This document shows, in pieces, positions 39,439 through 50,354 of a stretch of DNA of 64,000 nt (its first letter is position 1; each line of letters begins with the position of its first letter). The notes under the pieces are model-generated. The model made no database searches and was not told the DNA's origin. It saw only the letters and a list, made by a program, of their open reading frames with translations. Source of the stretch: Fibrobacteria bacterium (GTDB lineage: Bacteria > Fibrobacterota > Fibrobacteria > UBA11236); assembly GCA_043732185.1 (NCBI GenBank), contig JAYTHY010000074.1, positions 1 through 64,000 of the forward strand, written 5' to 3'. Both the position numbers and the translations under genes were made by a program.

Positions 39439-41234
39439 GTGGAGGCTGGAGCATTCTGGGCTGCCAACACTTTTGGATCGATTTGAATATGCAATTCCCG
39501 GAGCTGTTTCAGTCCGACCTCGCCGGGGGCGTTCATCATCAAGTCCTGCGCTTTTTGATTCATGGGAAAGGCAATGATTTCGCGGATATTGCTCTCATCT
39601 GCCAATAGCATAACCATTCGGTCCACACCTGGGGCGATGCCTCCGTGCGGTGGGGCTCCCAATTTGAAGGCGTTGATCATGCCGCCAAATTTCTTATCCA
39701 CCACTTCCGGGCCATAACCGGCGATGGCGAAAGCCTTGTACATGATATCGGGGATGTGATTGCGAATAGCGCCGCTGGATAATTCCACGCCATTGCAAAC
39801 CAAATCGTATTGAAAGGCATTGATTTCCAGTGGGTTCTTGGTCAATAGGGCTTCCATCCCGCCCTGGGGCATGGAAAAGGGATTGTGTGAGAAGGCGATG
39901 CATTTGTTCTCTTCATCCCATTCGAACATGGGAAAATCGACAACCCAGCAGAAGCGGAACGCATCAGACTCAATGATATCGAGATCCTTGGCTACTTTAA
40001 CCCGCAACAAACCGGCAATTTTGGCAGCCAAATCAGCCTTATCACATACAAAGAAAATGGCGTCCCCCGGCCCCACTTCGCACTTTTGGCGCAGCGCTTC
40101 CAGTTGTTCCGGCTTCAGGAATTTGAACAGCGGTCCCTTTACGGTTTCGCCGTTCCAGACCAAATAAGCCAAACCTTTGGAGCCAACCGACTGGGCGTAT
40201 TCAACCAGCTTGTCAAAAAAGCTGCGCGGCTTATCCGCCACATTTTTAACAGGAATAGCGCGCACCACAGCACCAGCGGCCACGGCGGATTTGAAGGCAA
40301 CAAATTCCGATTCGGCAAACAAGGCACCCACATCCCTGATTTCAATTGGGATGCGCAAATCGGGCTTGTCATTACCGTATTTGAGCATGGAATCCGCATA
40401 GGTAATCCGCCGGAAGGGAGTAGTATCAACTTTCTTCTTGGCGAATTCGACGAAAAGCCCGCCAATCACGTGTTCCACCGCCGCAAAGACATCGTCCTGG
40501 GTCACGAAGGACATTTCAATATCAAGCTGGTAGAACTCACCTGGAGACCGATCGGCACGAGCATCTTCATCTCGAAAGCAAGGTGCGATTTGGAAATAAC
40601 GATCGAATCCGGCTACCATTAAAAGTTGTTTGAATTGCTGTGGAGCCTGAGGGAGTGCGTAGAATTTACCGGGATGGATACGACTCGGAACCAAATAGTC
40701 ACGGGCGCCTTCCGGTGAACTGCTGGTCAAGATGGGTGTTTGGAATTCCGCAAATCCAGCATCCGTCATACGGCGGCGCAGACTGGAAATAACTTGGGTG
40801 CGGAGCATGATGTTTTTGTGCAATTTGTCGCGGCGCAAATCCAAAAACCTGTATTTGAGGCGCAGGTCCTCGGCCGTGTCCTCTTTGCCGTCCACGAGCA
40901 TGGGCAGCGTCTCGGCCATGGATTGGATAATCAGTTCGTCCACCACGATTTCAATTTCGCCCGTATCCATGGAAGGATTAATGGTGCCTTCCGCCCTGGC
41001 AATAACCTTACCAGTGATAGTAATCACGCTTTCATATTTTAGATGCGTGGCCTTTTCAAAAAAGTCTCGCTCGGGATGGAAGACTACCTGGGCAATTCCG
41101 TAATGATCGCGCAAATCGATGAATAGGAAATGGCCGTGATCACGCCGGCGGAAGACCCAACCGGAAAGGCGAACGGTTTCGCCGACATGAGATTTTCTGA
41201 TTTCGCCGCAGGTATGAGTACGATATGGATGCAT
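39435..41234 (-). CDS. aspS: Aspartate--tRNA ligase
   Basis: [40 protein letters not shown]. Confidence 0.98.
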   Translation of the reverse strand: MHPYRTHTCGEIRKSHVGETVRLSGWVFRRRDHGHFLFIDLRDHYGIAQVVFHPERDFFEKATHLKYESVITITGKVIARAEGTINPSMDTGEIEIVVDELIIQSMAETLPMLVDGKEDTAEDLRLKYRFLDLRRDKLHKNIMLRTQVISSLRRRMTDAGFAEFQTPILTSSSPEGARDYLVPSRIHPGKFYALPQAPQQFKQLLMVAGFDRYFQIAPCFRDEDARADRSPGEFYQLDIEMSFVTQDDVFAAVEHVIGGLFVEFAKKKVDTTPFRRITYADSMLKYGNDKPDLRIPIEIRDVGALFAESEFVAFKSAVAAGAVVRAIPVKNVADKPRSFFDKLVEYAQSVGSKGLAYLVWNGETVKGPLFKFLKPEQLEALRQKCEVGPGDAIFFVCDKADLAAKIAGLLRVKVAKDLDIIESDAFRFCWVVDFPMFEWDEENKCIAFSHNPFSMPQGGMEALLTKNPLEINAFQYDLVCNGVELSSGAIRNHIPDIMYKAFAIAGYGPEVVDKKFGGMINAFKLGAPPHGGIAPGVDRMVMLLADESNIREIIAFPMNQKAQDLMMNAPGEVGLKQLRELHIQIDPKVLAAQNAPAST

Positions 41235-41351
41235 AAGGCCGGTAATTATAATAGAAAGACGGATTCAGGCCAATCCCTCTAGTCCGGGGATTGGGCCAGA
41301 GCCGCTTTTTACCTATTTTAAACGGTTCCCAATGCCCACGCCATACACAAC

Positions 41352-42680
41352 ATGAGAGACCTCGGATTCGAAGGACTCTTTATCCTCATCCTGATTCTGG
41401 GCAATGGCTTCTTCGCCATGACCGAAATCGCCGTCGTTTCCGCCCGTAAAGCCCGGCTGCAACAATGGGCCAACGAGGGCAATTTGCGCGCCAAAAACGC
41501 CCTGGCCCTTGCTAACGCGCCCAACCGGTTTCTCGCCACCATCCAGGTGGTCATCACGGGTGTTACCCTTTTAACAGGTGCATACGGCGGCAGCACCATC
41601 GCAGAAAAAATTTCCTCGCATATGGTGGGCTGGCCTATTATTGGCGAATACCGGGATCGCATTGGATTGACTCTGGTGGTGCTTGGCGTCACTTTTCTGC
41701 AGGTTATTTTGGGAGAACTGGTTCCCAAGACCATTGCCTTGCACAATGCCGAACGCATTGCCTCGCTAGTGGCCTGGCCCATGCAGGTTATCTCCAAAAT
41801 GGCCTATCCTGTCGTTTCATTTCTCGGGATTGTCACCGATTTCATTCTGCGCCTAGTAGGCAGTAAGCCTTCCGACGAACCTCCGGTAACCGGCGACGAA
41901 ATCAATGTCATGATCGCCCAAGGCACCGAGGCTGGAGTCTTCCAGGAATCCCAGCAGGATATGGTGGAAAGCGTTATCGAACTCAATGAACGCCGCATCA
42001 ACAGCATCATGACGCCTCGTCCGGAAATCTCCTGGATCAATGTGGAAGCCACGCCTGATGAATTACGCGAAATGATCCTCAGCAGCACGTATTCGCGCTT
42101 TCCGGTTTGCCAAGGCAATTTGGACCAGGTGCTAGGCATCATCCACACCAAGGATATGCTCGCGGATTGCATTTCCGGCCGGCCTATCGACCTTAAGGCG
42201 CGAACACGCAAAGCCTTGACCATTCCGGAAACTATTCCGGTGCTCAAATCCTTAGAGTCGTTTAAGGAAAGCGGCATCCATATAGCGCTCGTGATCGACG
42301 AATACGGAAGCCTGCAAGGCCTAGTAACCTTGAACGATATACTGGAAGCTATTGTCGGAGACATCGCCTCACATGACCAAAAGGACGGCAACCCTGGGGC
42401 CGTGCAGCGTGAAGACGGATCCTGGCTGGTGGACGGCATGCACACCATTGAGGACTTCAAGGATTTGATGTCGATTGAAAAGCTGCCGGAAGAGAACACG
42501 GATACGTACCAGACCTTGGGTGGATTTGTAATGATGCAGCTCGGCCGCATTCCCAAACCCGGCGATCACTTTCTGCAGGATTTTGTGCGCTATGAGGTGA
42601 TGGACATGGACGGGAACCGAGTAGACAAGGTTCTGGTCAAGAAGGAGGAGCCTCCGAAGCCGGATGCTCGCTCGACGTAA
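41352..42680 (+). CDS. Hemolysin-family / CNNM-CBS-CorC transporter protein
   Basis: NGFFAMTEIA, GELVPK, CBS pair (SRFPV, VIDEYG), CorC_HlyC C-terminus. Confidence 0.93.
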   Translation: MRDLGFEGLFILILILGNGFFAMTEIAVVSARKARLQQWANEGNLRAKNALALANAPNRFLATIQVVITGVTLLTGAYGGSTIAEKISSHMVGWPIIGEYRDRIGLTLVVLGVTFLQVILGELVPKTIALHNAERIASLVAWPMQVISKMAYPVVSFLGIVTDFILRLVGSKPSDEPPVTGDEINVMIAQGTEAGVFQESQQDMVESVIELNERRINSIMTPRPEISWINVEATPDELREMILSSTYSRFPVCQGNLDQVLGIIHTKDMLADCISGRPIDLKARTRKALTIPETIPVLKSLESFKESGIHIALVIDEYGSLQGLVTLNDILEAIVGDIASHDQKDGNPGAVQREDGSWLVDGMHTIEDFKDLMSIEKLPEENTDTYQTLGGFVMMQLGRIPKPGDHFLQDFVRYEVMDMDGNRVDKVLVKKEEPPKPDARST

Positions 42681-44217
42681 CAGAATTTGATTCCTCTTTT
42701 TTGCCGGCTTCTTCTTTTTTCGCGGGTACATCGGGCAGTATGGTTCTTCCGAGTAGCCCATCCGGAACCCAAACCCATTCCTGATTGGAATCTTCAGCTA
42801 GCAATTCGCGCGCATGGCCATACATATGCAGTTTTGCGCCCCAAATTATTTTTTCCGTCACCGTAAACGTGCCAATATGTTTGGGTGCTAGTTTAAGCAC
42901 CGCTTCGAATTTTTCCTTCTCCACCAGAATTACTTTTTCTTCGCCTTTTACAGCCATGTATTGATCCAGCACGGCCTTAAGATCCGCTTTGGACCTATCC
43001 GACATGGTGCCCCCGAACCGGGCGGCCATGATCTTCATGGCCTTCAAACGGGTTTCAATGGGAGCCACTTTAGCATGCATCGCTTCCATGGTTTTTTCAA
43101 TTTTCGCCAAGCCCGCTTTGGCGGCATCCGCATCCTTGTCCACGATAAAAATTTCGGTGTGGCAACCTTCCCCTCCCAAAGCCGCAATATGCACGTCGCC
43201 GAAAGCCTTGAAATCTCCGCCCACTACCGAGCAACCTGATGCGTCCGCCTTTACGGATTTGGCCAAAACGGAACAATTGCGCAAGGCTTTTTCCACCGTG
43301 AGCATTCCCGATTCGCATTCAATGCGTATGTCTTGGGCACCCATGATATTGATATTGCCCTTGGCAGCAATACGCCCGGTGCTGTGGCCAAAAACACCTG
43401 CTTTGATGGTCACGTCCCCTCCGTGTGACACAACCACACCAGCGTCTACGCTGCCCTCTATCAGAATGTTCCCCTGAGCTTCCACGGTAAACCCGGTGGT
43501 TACGTCGCCCAACACTTGAATGTCACCCTGGTAATGCAAGTTGCCGCTTTTAAAATCGACATCGCCCTTATGCACGTATATGACGCCAACGCAAATGGCT
43601 CCGGCAAGATGGTAAACATAGCCGCCGGTGCTAGCTATAAGGGTCAGGCCATCAGTCGAGACTTCTGTATTCACGCCCAGTTTAAACGAAACGTCTTTTC
43701 CCGGAGGCATGGGCTGGGATTTTCCGAAAATATCGCTGCCGCCATCGCCTTGCGTAGCGGGCGTTTTCACAGCCAATACATCACCCTTTTTAACTTGGTG
43801 GATATTGTCCACGTTTTTGTAATCGGCCTTGCCGTCTTTATCCAATACGGGCTTAACATCCGCATCAATTTTCAGTTTTTCCTGGATAAAGGCGTCTTTA
43901 CTGGGCTTAGGAGGTGATCCGCTGGCCACAACAATGCCGCGATCGTATTGCTTGCCGCTGATCATCCGATCCACAGCCGCCCAATCAATGCCAAAAGTGA
44001 CTCCAAGAGCGGTGAGTTTTTTGGCGATATCGTCCTGGGTCAGGGTTATACCGGCCAACACAATCGATCCCTTGATGGTCAACGTGGCTCGGATAGGCTC
44101 GGCTTTAAGTTCCAGATAGTCGGCGGCCGTGCCTACTTGTGGTGCAGGTTCGGGTTGGGCCCCCGAGGGTTGTGCCGTCTCAACTGGGGGCGATCCTTCT
44201 TTGGATGCCTCGGCCAT
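42637..44217 (-). CDS. FapA / DUF342 family protein
   Basis: DGKADYKN..VKKGDVLA..G.DIFG, GDVDFKSGNL, beta-solenoid, coiled coil. Confidence 0.85.
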   Translation of the reverse strand: MAEASKEGSPPVETAQPSGAQPEPAPQVGTAADYLELKAEPIRATLTIKGSIVLAGITLTQDDIAKKLTALGVTFGIDWAAVDRMISGKQYDRGIVVASGSPPKPSKDAFIQEKLKIDADVKPVLDKDGKADYKNVDNIHQVKKGDVLAVKTPATQGDGGSDIFGKSQPMPPGKDVSFKLGVNTEVSTDGLTLIASTGGYVYHLAGAICVGVIYVHKGDVDFKSGNLHYQGDIQVLGDVTTGFTVEAQGNILIEGSVDAGVVVSHGGDVTIKAGVFGHSTGRIAAKGNINIMGAQDIRIECESGMLTVEKALRNCSVLAKSVKADASGCSVVGGDFKAFGDVHIAALGGEGCHTEIFIVDKDADAAKAGLAKIEKTMEAMHAKVAPIETRLKAMKIMAARFGGTMSDRSKADLKAVLDQYMAVKGEEKVILVEKEKFEAVLKLAPKHIGTFTVTEKIIWGAKLHMYGHARELLAEDSNQEWVWVPDGLLGRTILPDVPAKKEEAGKKEESNSVTSSEHPASEAPPS

Positions 44218-44256
44218 AACTTATTATATGTCTAGGCGTCCAAAATTGACAAGACC

Positions 44257-45414
44257 TTAATGGGAGGCATCTACTAGCTGGGAAGCATTCACGAGGCGCA
44301 TACACTCTCCCGCTACAATTTCCGCCCCATTGCCAGTGCCTAATACTCTGCTAAGGCGCTCCTGGAGGGGTTCCCAAGCACGGTTCCAAGCCCAAAGATC
44401 TTGAAGAACTTTTTGAAATTTTACTTTTGTCAATTCTGCAGAAACACCCACCCATTCGGAAAATACCTCCTCTTCCAGGAGGAGATTGGGCAAGCCAAGC
44501 CGGGTGGAACGCAAAAGCCTTTTGCCAACAGCCAGCGTCAATGGATCCATTACGGCCAAAATTGCTGTAGGAACCTGACTTAAAGCGAGCTCTAGCGTCA
44601 AGGTACCTGGAAAGGCCAACGCCCAATCCGCATCCGCCAAGGCGGATTTTTTGTCGGTTTGAATTGTGACAAATGGAACAAACTTGCCTCCCTGAAACTT
44701 CCGTAGCCATTCCCGGGACATGGCTGCCAAATGAGCGGGCATAAGCACCTGAATCTCCGGCTGTGGAAATGCACAGTCAACTCCCAGCACATTCAGTTCC
44801 AGTAAACGCTCCAGCCAAACCGGTAGATTGCGACCCCACACCGGCACTCGGCTGCCAGGACAGAGAAGCAGAATGGGTCGCCTAGTCACGGGTGGCTTTG
44901 GCAATGCGGGGGCGGAGACCAGGAAGTGTCCAACCGTCACTTTTGATACAGACCCGGAAAAATATTTGGTTTCAAAGGGAAACAAAACATGCACGGAACA
45001 TCCCCGCAAGACCCGCACGGCGCGTTTGGTTCTTTGGCTTTGTGCCTGATAGGCCCAGGCTTGCGGTGGTGCTAGGTAACAGACGCGTTTACCCATGGCG
45101 TGAGCCTTGGCTGCAAGCCGCAGATTGAGGCCGGGATAATCCACCAATAATACCAGGTCAGGATGAAAATCCTTCAATACGGCCAGGGCGGTTCGATACA
45201 TGCGGAAAAGGAAAAACGCCCTACGCAAAACATCCCAGACTCCGCTTACTGCGGTTTTCTCCAATGGAAACAGGGGTGATAATCCATGCGACTCAGCTGC
45301 AGATCCACCCAATCCCCTAATCTGCAATTCGGGTAATGTTTCCCTCAGGCGTCCGAGCACGGCACCCAGCATTTCATCTCCGGAAACTTCACCAGCCGAA
45401 ACGAATATTTTCAT
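44257..45414 (-). CDS. lpxB: Lipid-A-disaccharide synthase
   Basis: MKIFVSAGEVSGD, VDYPGLNL, PPQAWA, PGSR, GTLTLELAL, LPNLL; ATGA overlap with upstream gene. Confidence 0.9.
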   Translation of the reverse strand: MKIFVSAGEVSGDEMLGAVLGRLRETLPELQIRGLGGSAAESHGLSPLFPLEKTAVSGVWDVLRRAFFLFRMYRTALAVLKDFHPDLVLLVDYPGLNLRLAAKAHAMGKRVCYLAPPQAWAYQAQSQRTKRAVRVLRGCSVHVLFPFETKYFSGSVSKVTVGHFLVSAPALPKPPVTRRPILLLCPGSRVPVWGRNLPVWLERLLELNVLGVDCAFPQPEIQVLMPAHLAAMSREWLRKFQGGKFVPFVTIQTDKKSALADADWALAFPGTLTLELALSQVPTAILAVMDPLTLAVGKRLLRSTRLGLPNLLLEEEVFSEWVGVSAELTKVKFQKVLQDLWAWNRAWEPLQERLSRVLGTGNGAEIVAGECMRLVNASQLVDASH

Positions 45415-46124
45415 GCAGGGGAGGCTGGATGGACCGGCGCGGATCCCGGGAGGTTTGGATCGACTCCAATCAAAGCAGCCGACGTTTGACCCAGCAGTCC
45501 AGACGTTAAGGATGGTGCATTGTGAGGCGGAATCCAGATGGTGTTCCAATTGAATTGTTCAGCTGTTCGCAGATTGTCCAGTCGGTCATCGGCAAAATGG
45601 ATCTCTACATTTTGGCCATGGCGATTGCGTAAATAGGCATCTACTTTGACATACGACTCCGGATGCGGCTTGCCTTGCCAATCCATGAAGGCGATGTCGA
45701 AAATTCCTTGCAGTTTAGTTCCGCCTAACTGGTTTTCTGATCCAGGCAGAATGGATTCAAGCCCCATGGACTTGAGCCCGCGCACCACCCAGTCCATGCG
45801 GGCGTTGGTGAAGATGTAAATCGGATGAGGAATCCGCCCAAGCCAGGCAGTGAGATCCGAATCGACTGGAGGCAAGTGATGGTCCTCGATAGCGTGGATA
45901 AAATCACAATAATGATGCCTATCCATTCCGTGTTGTTCTTCCAACCCCTTCAAGGTAGTGCCGTATTTCTCCCACAACTGAAGCCGGGCTGCATCTGCCG
46001 CCTCAGGCGAATAGCCTAGAAAGGTTTGGATATACAAGTTGATGCGTTCATCGACGGCTTTGAGTGTCGTCAAAGTGGATGGGTACAAGGTGTAGTCGTA
46101 ATCAAGAAGTAGAATCTTGGACAC
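45411..46124 (-). CDS. HAD-family hydrolase, pyrimidine 5'-nucleotidase-like
   Basis: DYDYTLYP, YGTTLKGL, FTNA, KPHP, DDRLDNL. Confidence 0.85.
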   Translation of the reverse strand: MSKILLLDYDYTLYPSTLTTLKAVDERINLYIQTFLGYSPEAADAARLQLWEKYGTTLKGLEEQHGMDRHHYCDFIHAIEDHHLPPVDSDLTAWLGRIPHPIYIFTNARMDWVVRGLKSMGLESILPGSENQLGGTKLQGIFDIAFMDWQGKPHPESYVKVDAYLRNRHGQNVEIHFADDRLDNLRTAEQFNWNTIWIPPHNAPSLTSGLLGQTSAALIGVDPNLPGSAPVHPASPA

Positions 46125-46125
46125 T

Positions 46126-46665
46126 TTAATTCAGTTCCAAAATGGAATTCAGCACGCCGTAGGTAAACCCCCAGATGGCTCCCGTACCCACACGTATGCA
46201 GGGAAACAGGACTTCCGGATGGTTGCCGCTCAAAGCCGCATTGCTGCGATTCACGGGGTCAAGAAGATAGCTGAGGGCCAGCCAATGGTACTCGGCGATT
46301 TCCTGATCTTGAAGAAAAAGTGGGGGCTTTTCTTCCACTTCAAATAGAAAAGGAGCAACCACCAATGGCCGCCCAAGCCAACCTCCGGCGATGGCCAATG
46401 GCAAAGGTTCAACCAGATGCCACGGTTTTAGAGCTATCCCGCACTCCTCAAAAGCCTCCCGGATGGCGGTGTCCAAGATAGCCTGGTCTTCGGTCTCACG
46501 CCGGCCTCCCGGAAGGGCAAAATGCCCGGACCAAGGGTCCTCAGGATGGACCGCACGCCTTAAAAGCAGGAATTCCGGGTCCGATCCAGACGTTCGGATC
46601 AATGCCACGGCAGCCTGGGGTTCATCCCCGGAACGGCCTTCGGATGTGATGGAGTCCTGCGACAT
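46126..46665 (-). CDS. Nudix hydrolase, CoA pyrophosphatase-like
   Basis: DPWSGHFALPGG, Nudix box TAIREAFEECG, IWGFTY. Confidence 0.88.
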   Translation of the reverse strand: MSQDSITSEGRSGDEPQAAVALIRTSGSDPEFLLLRRAVHPEDPWSGHFALPGGRRETEDQAILDTAIREAFEECGIALKPWHLVEPLPLAIAGGWLGRPLVVAPFLFEVEEKPPLFLQDQEIAEYHWLALSYLLDPVNRSNAALSGNHPEVLFPCIRVGTGAIWGFTYGVLNSILELN

Positions 46666-46789
46666 ATTGAGATTATAAAGTATAAATTGGAGGTGTATTC
46701 GATATTAGGCAGGTTTTTAAAGGCTTCCGATGCATTCATCCGCCCCGAGCACTAAGCAAGGTGGGTAATTTTTGTTAAATTCTGCGCGC

Positions 46790-47839
46790 ATGACCAAGCT
46801 GAACATTCTAGGTATGAGCCTTCCGGACCTGGAAGCCTTGGTCGTTTCCATGGACCAGCCCGCCTTTAGGGCCAAGCAAATCCACAATTGGGTCTTTCAG
46901 AACCTGGAAACCGATTTCCGGAAAATGAGCAATTTACCCAAACCTCTAATCGAAAACTTGGACGCCACCGCAAATTGCAGCGTACTTGAGGTTAAAACCT
47001 CCCAGCTTTCCAAGGACGGCACCCTCAAATGGGTCTTTGCCACGCATGAAGGGCACTTTTTTGAAACTGTCCTCATCCCGACTGAGGACCGACGTTCCGT
47101 ATGTGTTTCATCGCAAATCGGATGTGCTATGGGATGCACCTTTTGCCGAACGGCAACCATGGGCTTTATCCGCAACCTAACTTTGGGAGAAATCCTGGAG
47201 CAGGTTCATTTTGTAACCCGCTACCTGAAAGAAAAAGAAGGTCCAACCGCGCGCGTCTCAAATGTCATATTCATGGGCATGGGTGAGCCGCTGCTTAACT
47301 TAGAGAATGTGGCTCAAGCGTGTGACACACTCAATTCTCCAGAGGGTTTTGGGATAGCGAAGGACAAAATTACCGTTTCCACCTCCGGCATCGCTCCAAA
47401 AATTCTGGAATGGGCCGTGCGCGCACCAGACTTTAAACTCGCCATCAGCCTCAACGGAAGCAATGATGCGGTGCGTTCCGAAATCATGCCAGTGAATCGC
47501 CGCTATCCCATCGAGACCTTGCTCAAAACCGCGGATGAATATATTCACATCACCGGCCAAAGGCTTACTTTTGAGTACATACTCATTAAGAACAAGACCT
47601 GCACACCGGAAGCCGCGCGCGAACTCAAACGCATCGCCGCTAACCGAAATTGCAAAATCAATTTGATTCCATTGAACCGGGGCAATCCTGAAATGGAACC
47701 GCCGTCTGATGAAGAAATTTTAGAGTTTGAAAGAATCCTGGCGCAAGGCGACTTCCAAGTCCTGCGTCGGCGACCCCGCGGGCCCGATATCTATGCGGCT
47801 TGCGGACAATTGGCCACAGAACAGAAGAAGGTAGCCTGA
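46790..47839 (+). CDS. rlmN: Dual-specificity RNA methyltransferase RlmN
   Basis: CVSSQIGCAMGCTFC, MGMGEPL, AACGQL. Confidence 0.96.
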   Translation: MTKLNILGMSLPDLEALVVSMDQPAFRAKQIHNWVFQNLETDFRKMSNLPKPLIENLDATANCSVLEVKTSQLSKDGTLKWVFATHEGHFFETVLIPTEDRRSVCVSSQIGCAMGCTFCRTATMGFIRNLTLGEILEQVHFVTRYLKEKEGPTARVSNVIFMGMGEPLLNLENVAQACDTLNSPEGFGIAKDKITVSTSGIAPKILEWAVRAPDFKLAISLNGSNDAVRSEIMPVNRRYPIETLLKTADEYIHITGQRLTFEYILIKNKTCTPEAARELKRIAANRNCKINLIPLNRGNPEMEPPSDEEILEFERILAQGDFQVLRRRPRGPDIYAACGQLATEQKKVA

Positions 47840-48447
47840 TGCTGACTCAAAACTTGCCGGAATATTGGGAAGACTTGTACAAAGCCAAAAAGGATGTGTG
47901 GGATCTGGGAAAGGTCAGTCCCATCCTGGAGGAATTTTTCAAGCATGACTCCTGCCCCAAGACGGGTCGGGTGCTGGTACCCGGCGCAGGTCGAGGCTAT
48001 GATGCCGCCGCTTGGGCGCAACGCGGACATGAAACCCTGGCCGTGGACTTTTCCCAGACCGCGTTCGCGGCGTTGAATACGCTCACAGAAAAACAGCGCA
48101 AGCTCACGGTATTGAACATCGACCTCTTTGAACTCACGCCCAAAAGCACTCAGCCCTTCGACATCATTTTTGAATACGGCTGTTTCAACTCCGTGCATCC
48201 TGGCCGTCGCGATGAATACTTCGAAGTCTGGGACAGAATGTTGCAACCAAACGGAATCGTGATCGCAGCATTCTTTCCTTTAATCCGAACCACCTCATTA
48301 GATGGTCCTCCCCATCCAACCTCCGAAGGCGAGCTCATGGCCCGTTTGGATGGAGTCTTCGACGTGCAGGAAAAGATCATCCCCAAGAAGAGCATCAAGG
48401 AACGCGTTGGCAAAGAAGAGATTTGGATACTGACCAAACCAAAATAA
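47839..48447 (+). CDS. Thiopurine S-methyltransferase-like SAM methyltransferase
   Basis: WDLG, RVLVPGAGRGYDA, GPPH; TGATG coupling to rlmN. Confidence 0.85.
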   Translation: MLTQNLPEYWEDLYKAKKDVWDLGKVSPILEEFFKHDSCPKTGRVLVPGAGRGYDAAAWAQRGHETLAVDFSQTAFAALNTLTEKQRKLTVLNIDLFELTPKSTQPFDIIFEYGCFNSVHPGRRDEYFEVWDRMLQPNGIVIAAFFPLIRTTSLDGPPHPTSEGELMARLDGVFDVQEKIIPKKSIKERVGKEEIWILTKPK

Positions 48448-48459
48448 TACCGAAATCCT

Positions 48460-48492
48460 TTTAGCCCTTTGGGGTTTCCCCACAGGGCTAAA
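48460..48492. terminator. Stem-loop after rlmN-TPMT operon
   Basis: TTTAGCCCT-T-TGGGG-TTT-CCCCA-C-AGGGCTAAA inverted repeat. Confidence 0.55.
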
Positions 48493-48629
48493 CAATCGCA
48501 AACTTCCAAAACACCCTGCTAAAGCCATGGTTTCTAAGTAATTGGCCCGCAGCATCTGTACCTCCGCCACAAGTGGCGCTTGACCACAAGCCGTAGTATG
48601 CTCTAGGTCAAGGAGGCACAAGATACCCT

Positions 48630-49154
48630 ATGTCTTATTTCTCATCAAAATCCACCTGGCTGAGCCTTGTCGATTTCGCCGAACCGGAAATCAGCCCCGA
48701 TTTTCCGGCGTTGCACTACGGCACCACAACTCTGGAAAAACCCATTTCCATGACGGCGGAAGATTACGATTATATGCGCATTACGCGCGACCTTCGGCAT
48801 CGGCTGTTTTTCCATTTCAAGGAATGGGAATTTGGTCCGGCCCTGCTGGAAGACCATATCCAACTGGCGCAATCGGAATCCGAAATCGAAGAAATCCTCG
48901 CCCACTATTGTCATGCCCGTCACGTTGCTGTTACCCTCGTCACTCGCAACTGCCAGCCCTTCTATCTTATCGCATGGTTGGAAACCGATCAAAAAATTGC
49001 GGAGATGCATAAACATCTCGGCAATATCGACAGCTGCGCGCTCTATGCAAAAGAAGGGTTGAACACGATAAAGAAAAATAAATTCGCACCAGCTTTGGAC
49101 ATGCGCATCACAAAACTTGCCATTCAGTTTCGCGAAATGCTTGGACTTTCATAA
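48630..49154 (+). CDS. Hypothetical protein
   Basis: 174-aa ORF preceded by AAGGAGG; no family recognised. Confidence 0.6.
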   Translation: MSYFSSKSTWLSLVDFAEPEISPDFPALHYGTTTLEKPISMTAEDYDYMRITRDLRHRLFFHFKEWEFGPALLEDHIQLAQSESEIEEILAHYCHARHVAVTLVTRNCQPFYLIAWLETDQKIAEMHKHLGNIDSCALYAKEGLNTIKKNKFAPALDMRITKLAIQFREMLGLS

Positions 49155-49241
49155 TTTCCACATGGCGGCAGCCATCTTTACCGGAATCCGACTTCGTAGA
49201 CAAATGAGAGGGGCCGAATTGTGGTATAATAAATGCGTCTC

Positions 49242-50315
49242 ATGCAATCACCACGCATTATCATCGCCGATGATTCAATAGTTGTTCGAATGATATTGAA
49301 TCGCCTGTTGACAGCCGACCTACACGCGGAAGTCATCATGGCAGCCAATGGCGAAATTGTTTTGGAAAAAACAGCTGCGATGCTGCCGGATCTGGTGATT
49401 TTAGACGTGGAAATGCCAAGGATGAATGGGCTGGACACGCTGCGAACTTTGCGCAAACTGCATCCCCGTCTGCCCATTATCATGTTGAGCGCCGTGACCG
49501 AAGTGGATGCCGGGGTCACTATTTAAGCACTGTCTCTTGGGGCCACCGACTTCCTAAGCAAAGAGGGACATTTTAAAACCGGCGATGTCCCCATAGCCTA
49601 TCTCCGAAAGGAATTGATTCCAAAAATAACCGGGCTTCTTGAATCAAACTACCACGGCAAATCTACCGCCCCTACCCGCCCTTTAAGCCCAGACTCCCAC
49701 GTCCACATTCACAAAACTTTGGCCTCCAGCCCGAAGGCGCTCCACTCTATTTCGATTTTAACCGTAGCAGTTTCTACGGGCGGTCCATTAACTTTAGAGC
49801 GCATATTGAGCGCCTTGCCGGCGAGTTTAAGTATCCCGATTGTCATTGTCCAGCATATCCCCGCCGAGTTTTCCGGTCAGCTTGCTTTGAGCCTCGCAAA
49901 AAAATGCAGCATTAAAATCATGCATTGCCAGGACGGAATGGAGTTGGAAAAGGGCTGCGCCTATGTAGCGCAGGGCGGTCTGCATATGGAGGTTCGCAAA
50001 GAACTGAATCGGTTTTATCTTAAAATGCATTCAGGACCGCCCGAGAACTCTTGCCGACCCTCCGGGGATGTGCTTTTTCGTTCGGTTGCCATGGCCTTCG
50101 GCCCAAAAGTATTGGCTTTGGTTCTAACCGGAATGGGGCAAGATGGCCTTAAAGGCTGCGAAGCCATTAAAGGTATCGGCGGCTATGTTTTAGTCCAGGA
50201 TGAAGCCAGCAGCGTTGTATGGGGCATGCCCGGCGCCGTTTTCAAGGCCGGCCTTGCAGATGAAATATTGCCTCTGGAAAAAATCGCTGGCCGAATCCTG
50301 GCCCTATTGGAGTAA
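49242..50315 (+). pseudogene. cheB: Chemotaxis response regulator-methylesterase CheB interrupted by one in-frame TAA
   Basis: Receiver (IADDS, LDVEMP) VTI*ALSLGATDFLSK continues in frame into methylesterase (VSTGGP, VQHIP, RPSGDVLF, LTGMGQDG, WGMP); TAA at 49524-49526. Confidence 0.9.
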
Positions 50316-50354
50316 CCCAAAAGGCCAGGCAAGCGCCAACAGCAATGCTTCAGC

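Noticed and set aside
23604..49526. Stop-codon reassignment or selenocysteine, suggested by two in-frame TAA codons
   Set aside because: TAA ends many normal genes here, the two sites imply different residues (aromatic versus Glu/Gln), and Sec uses TGA.
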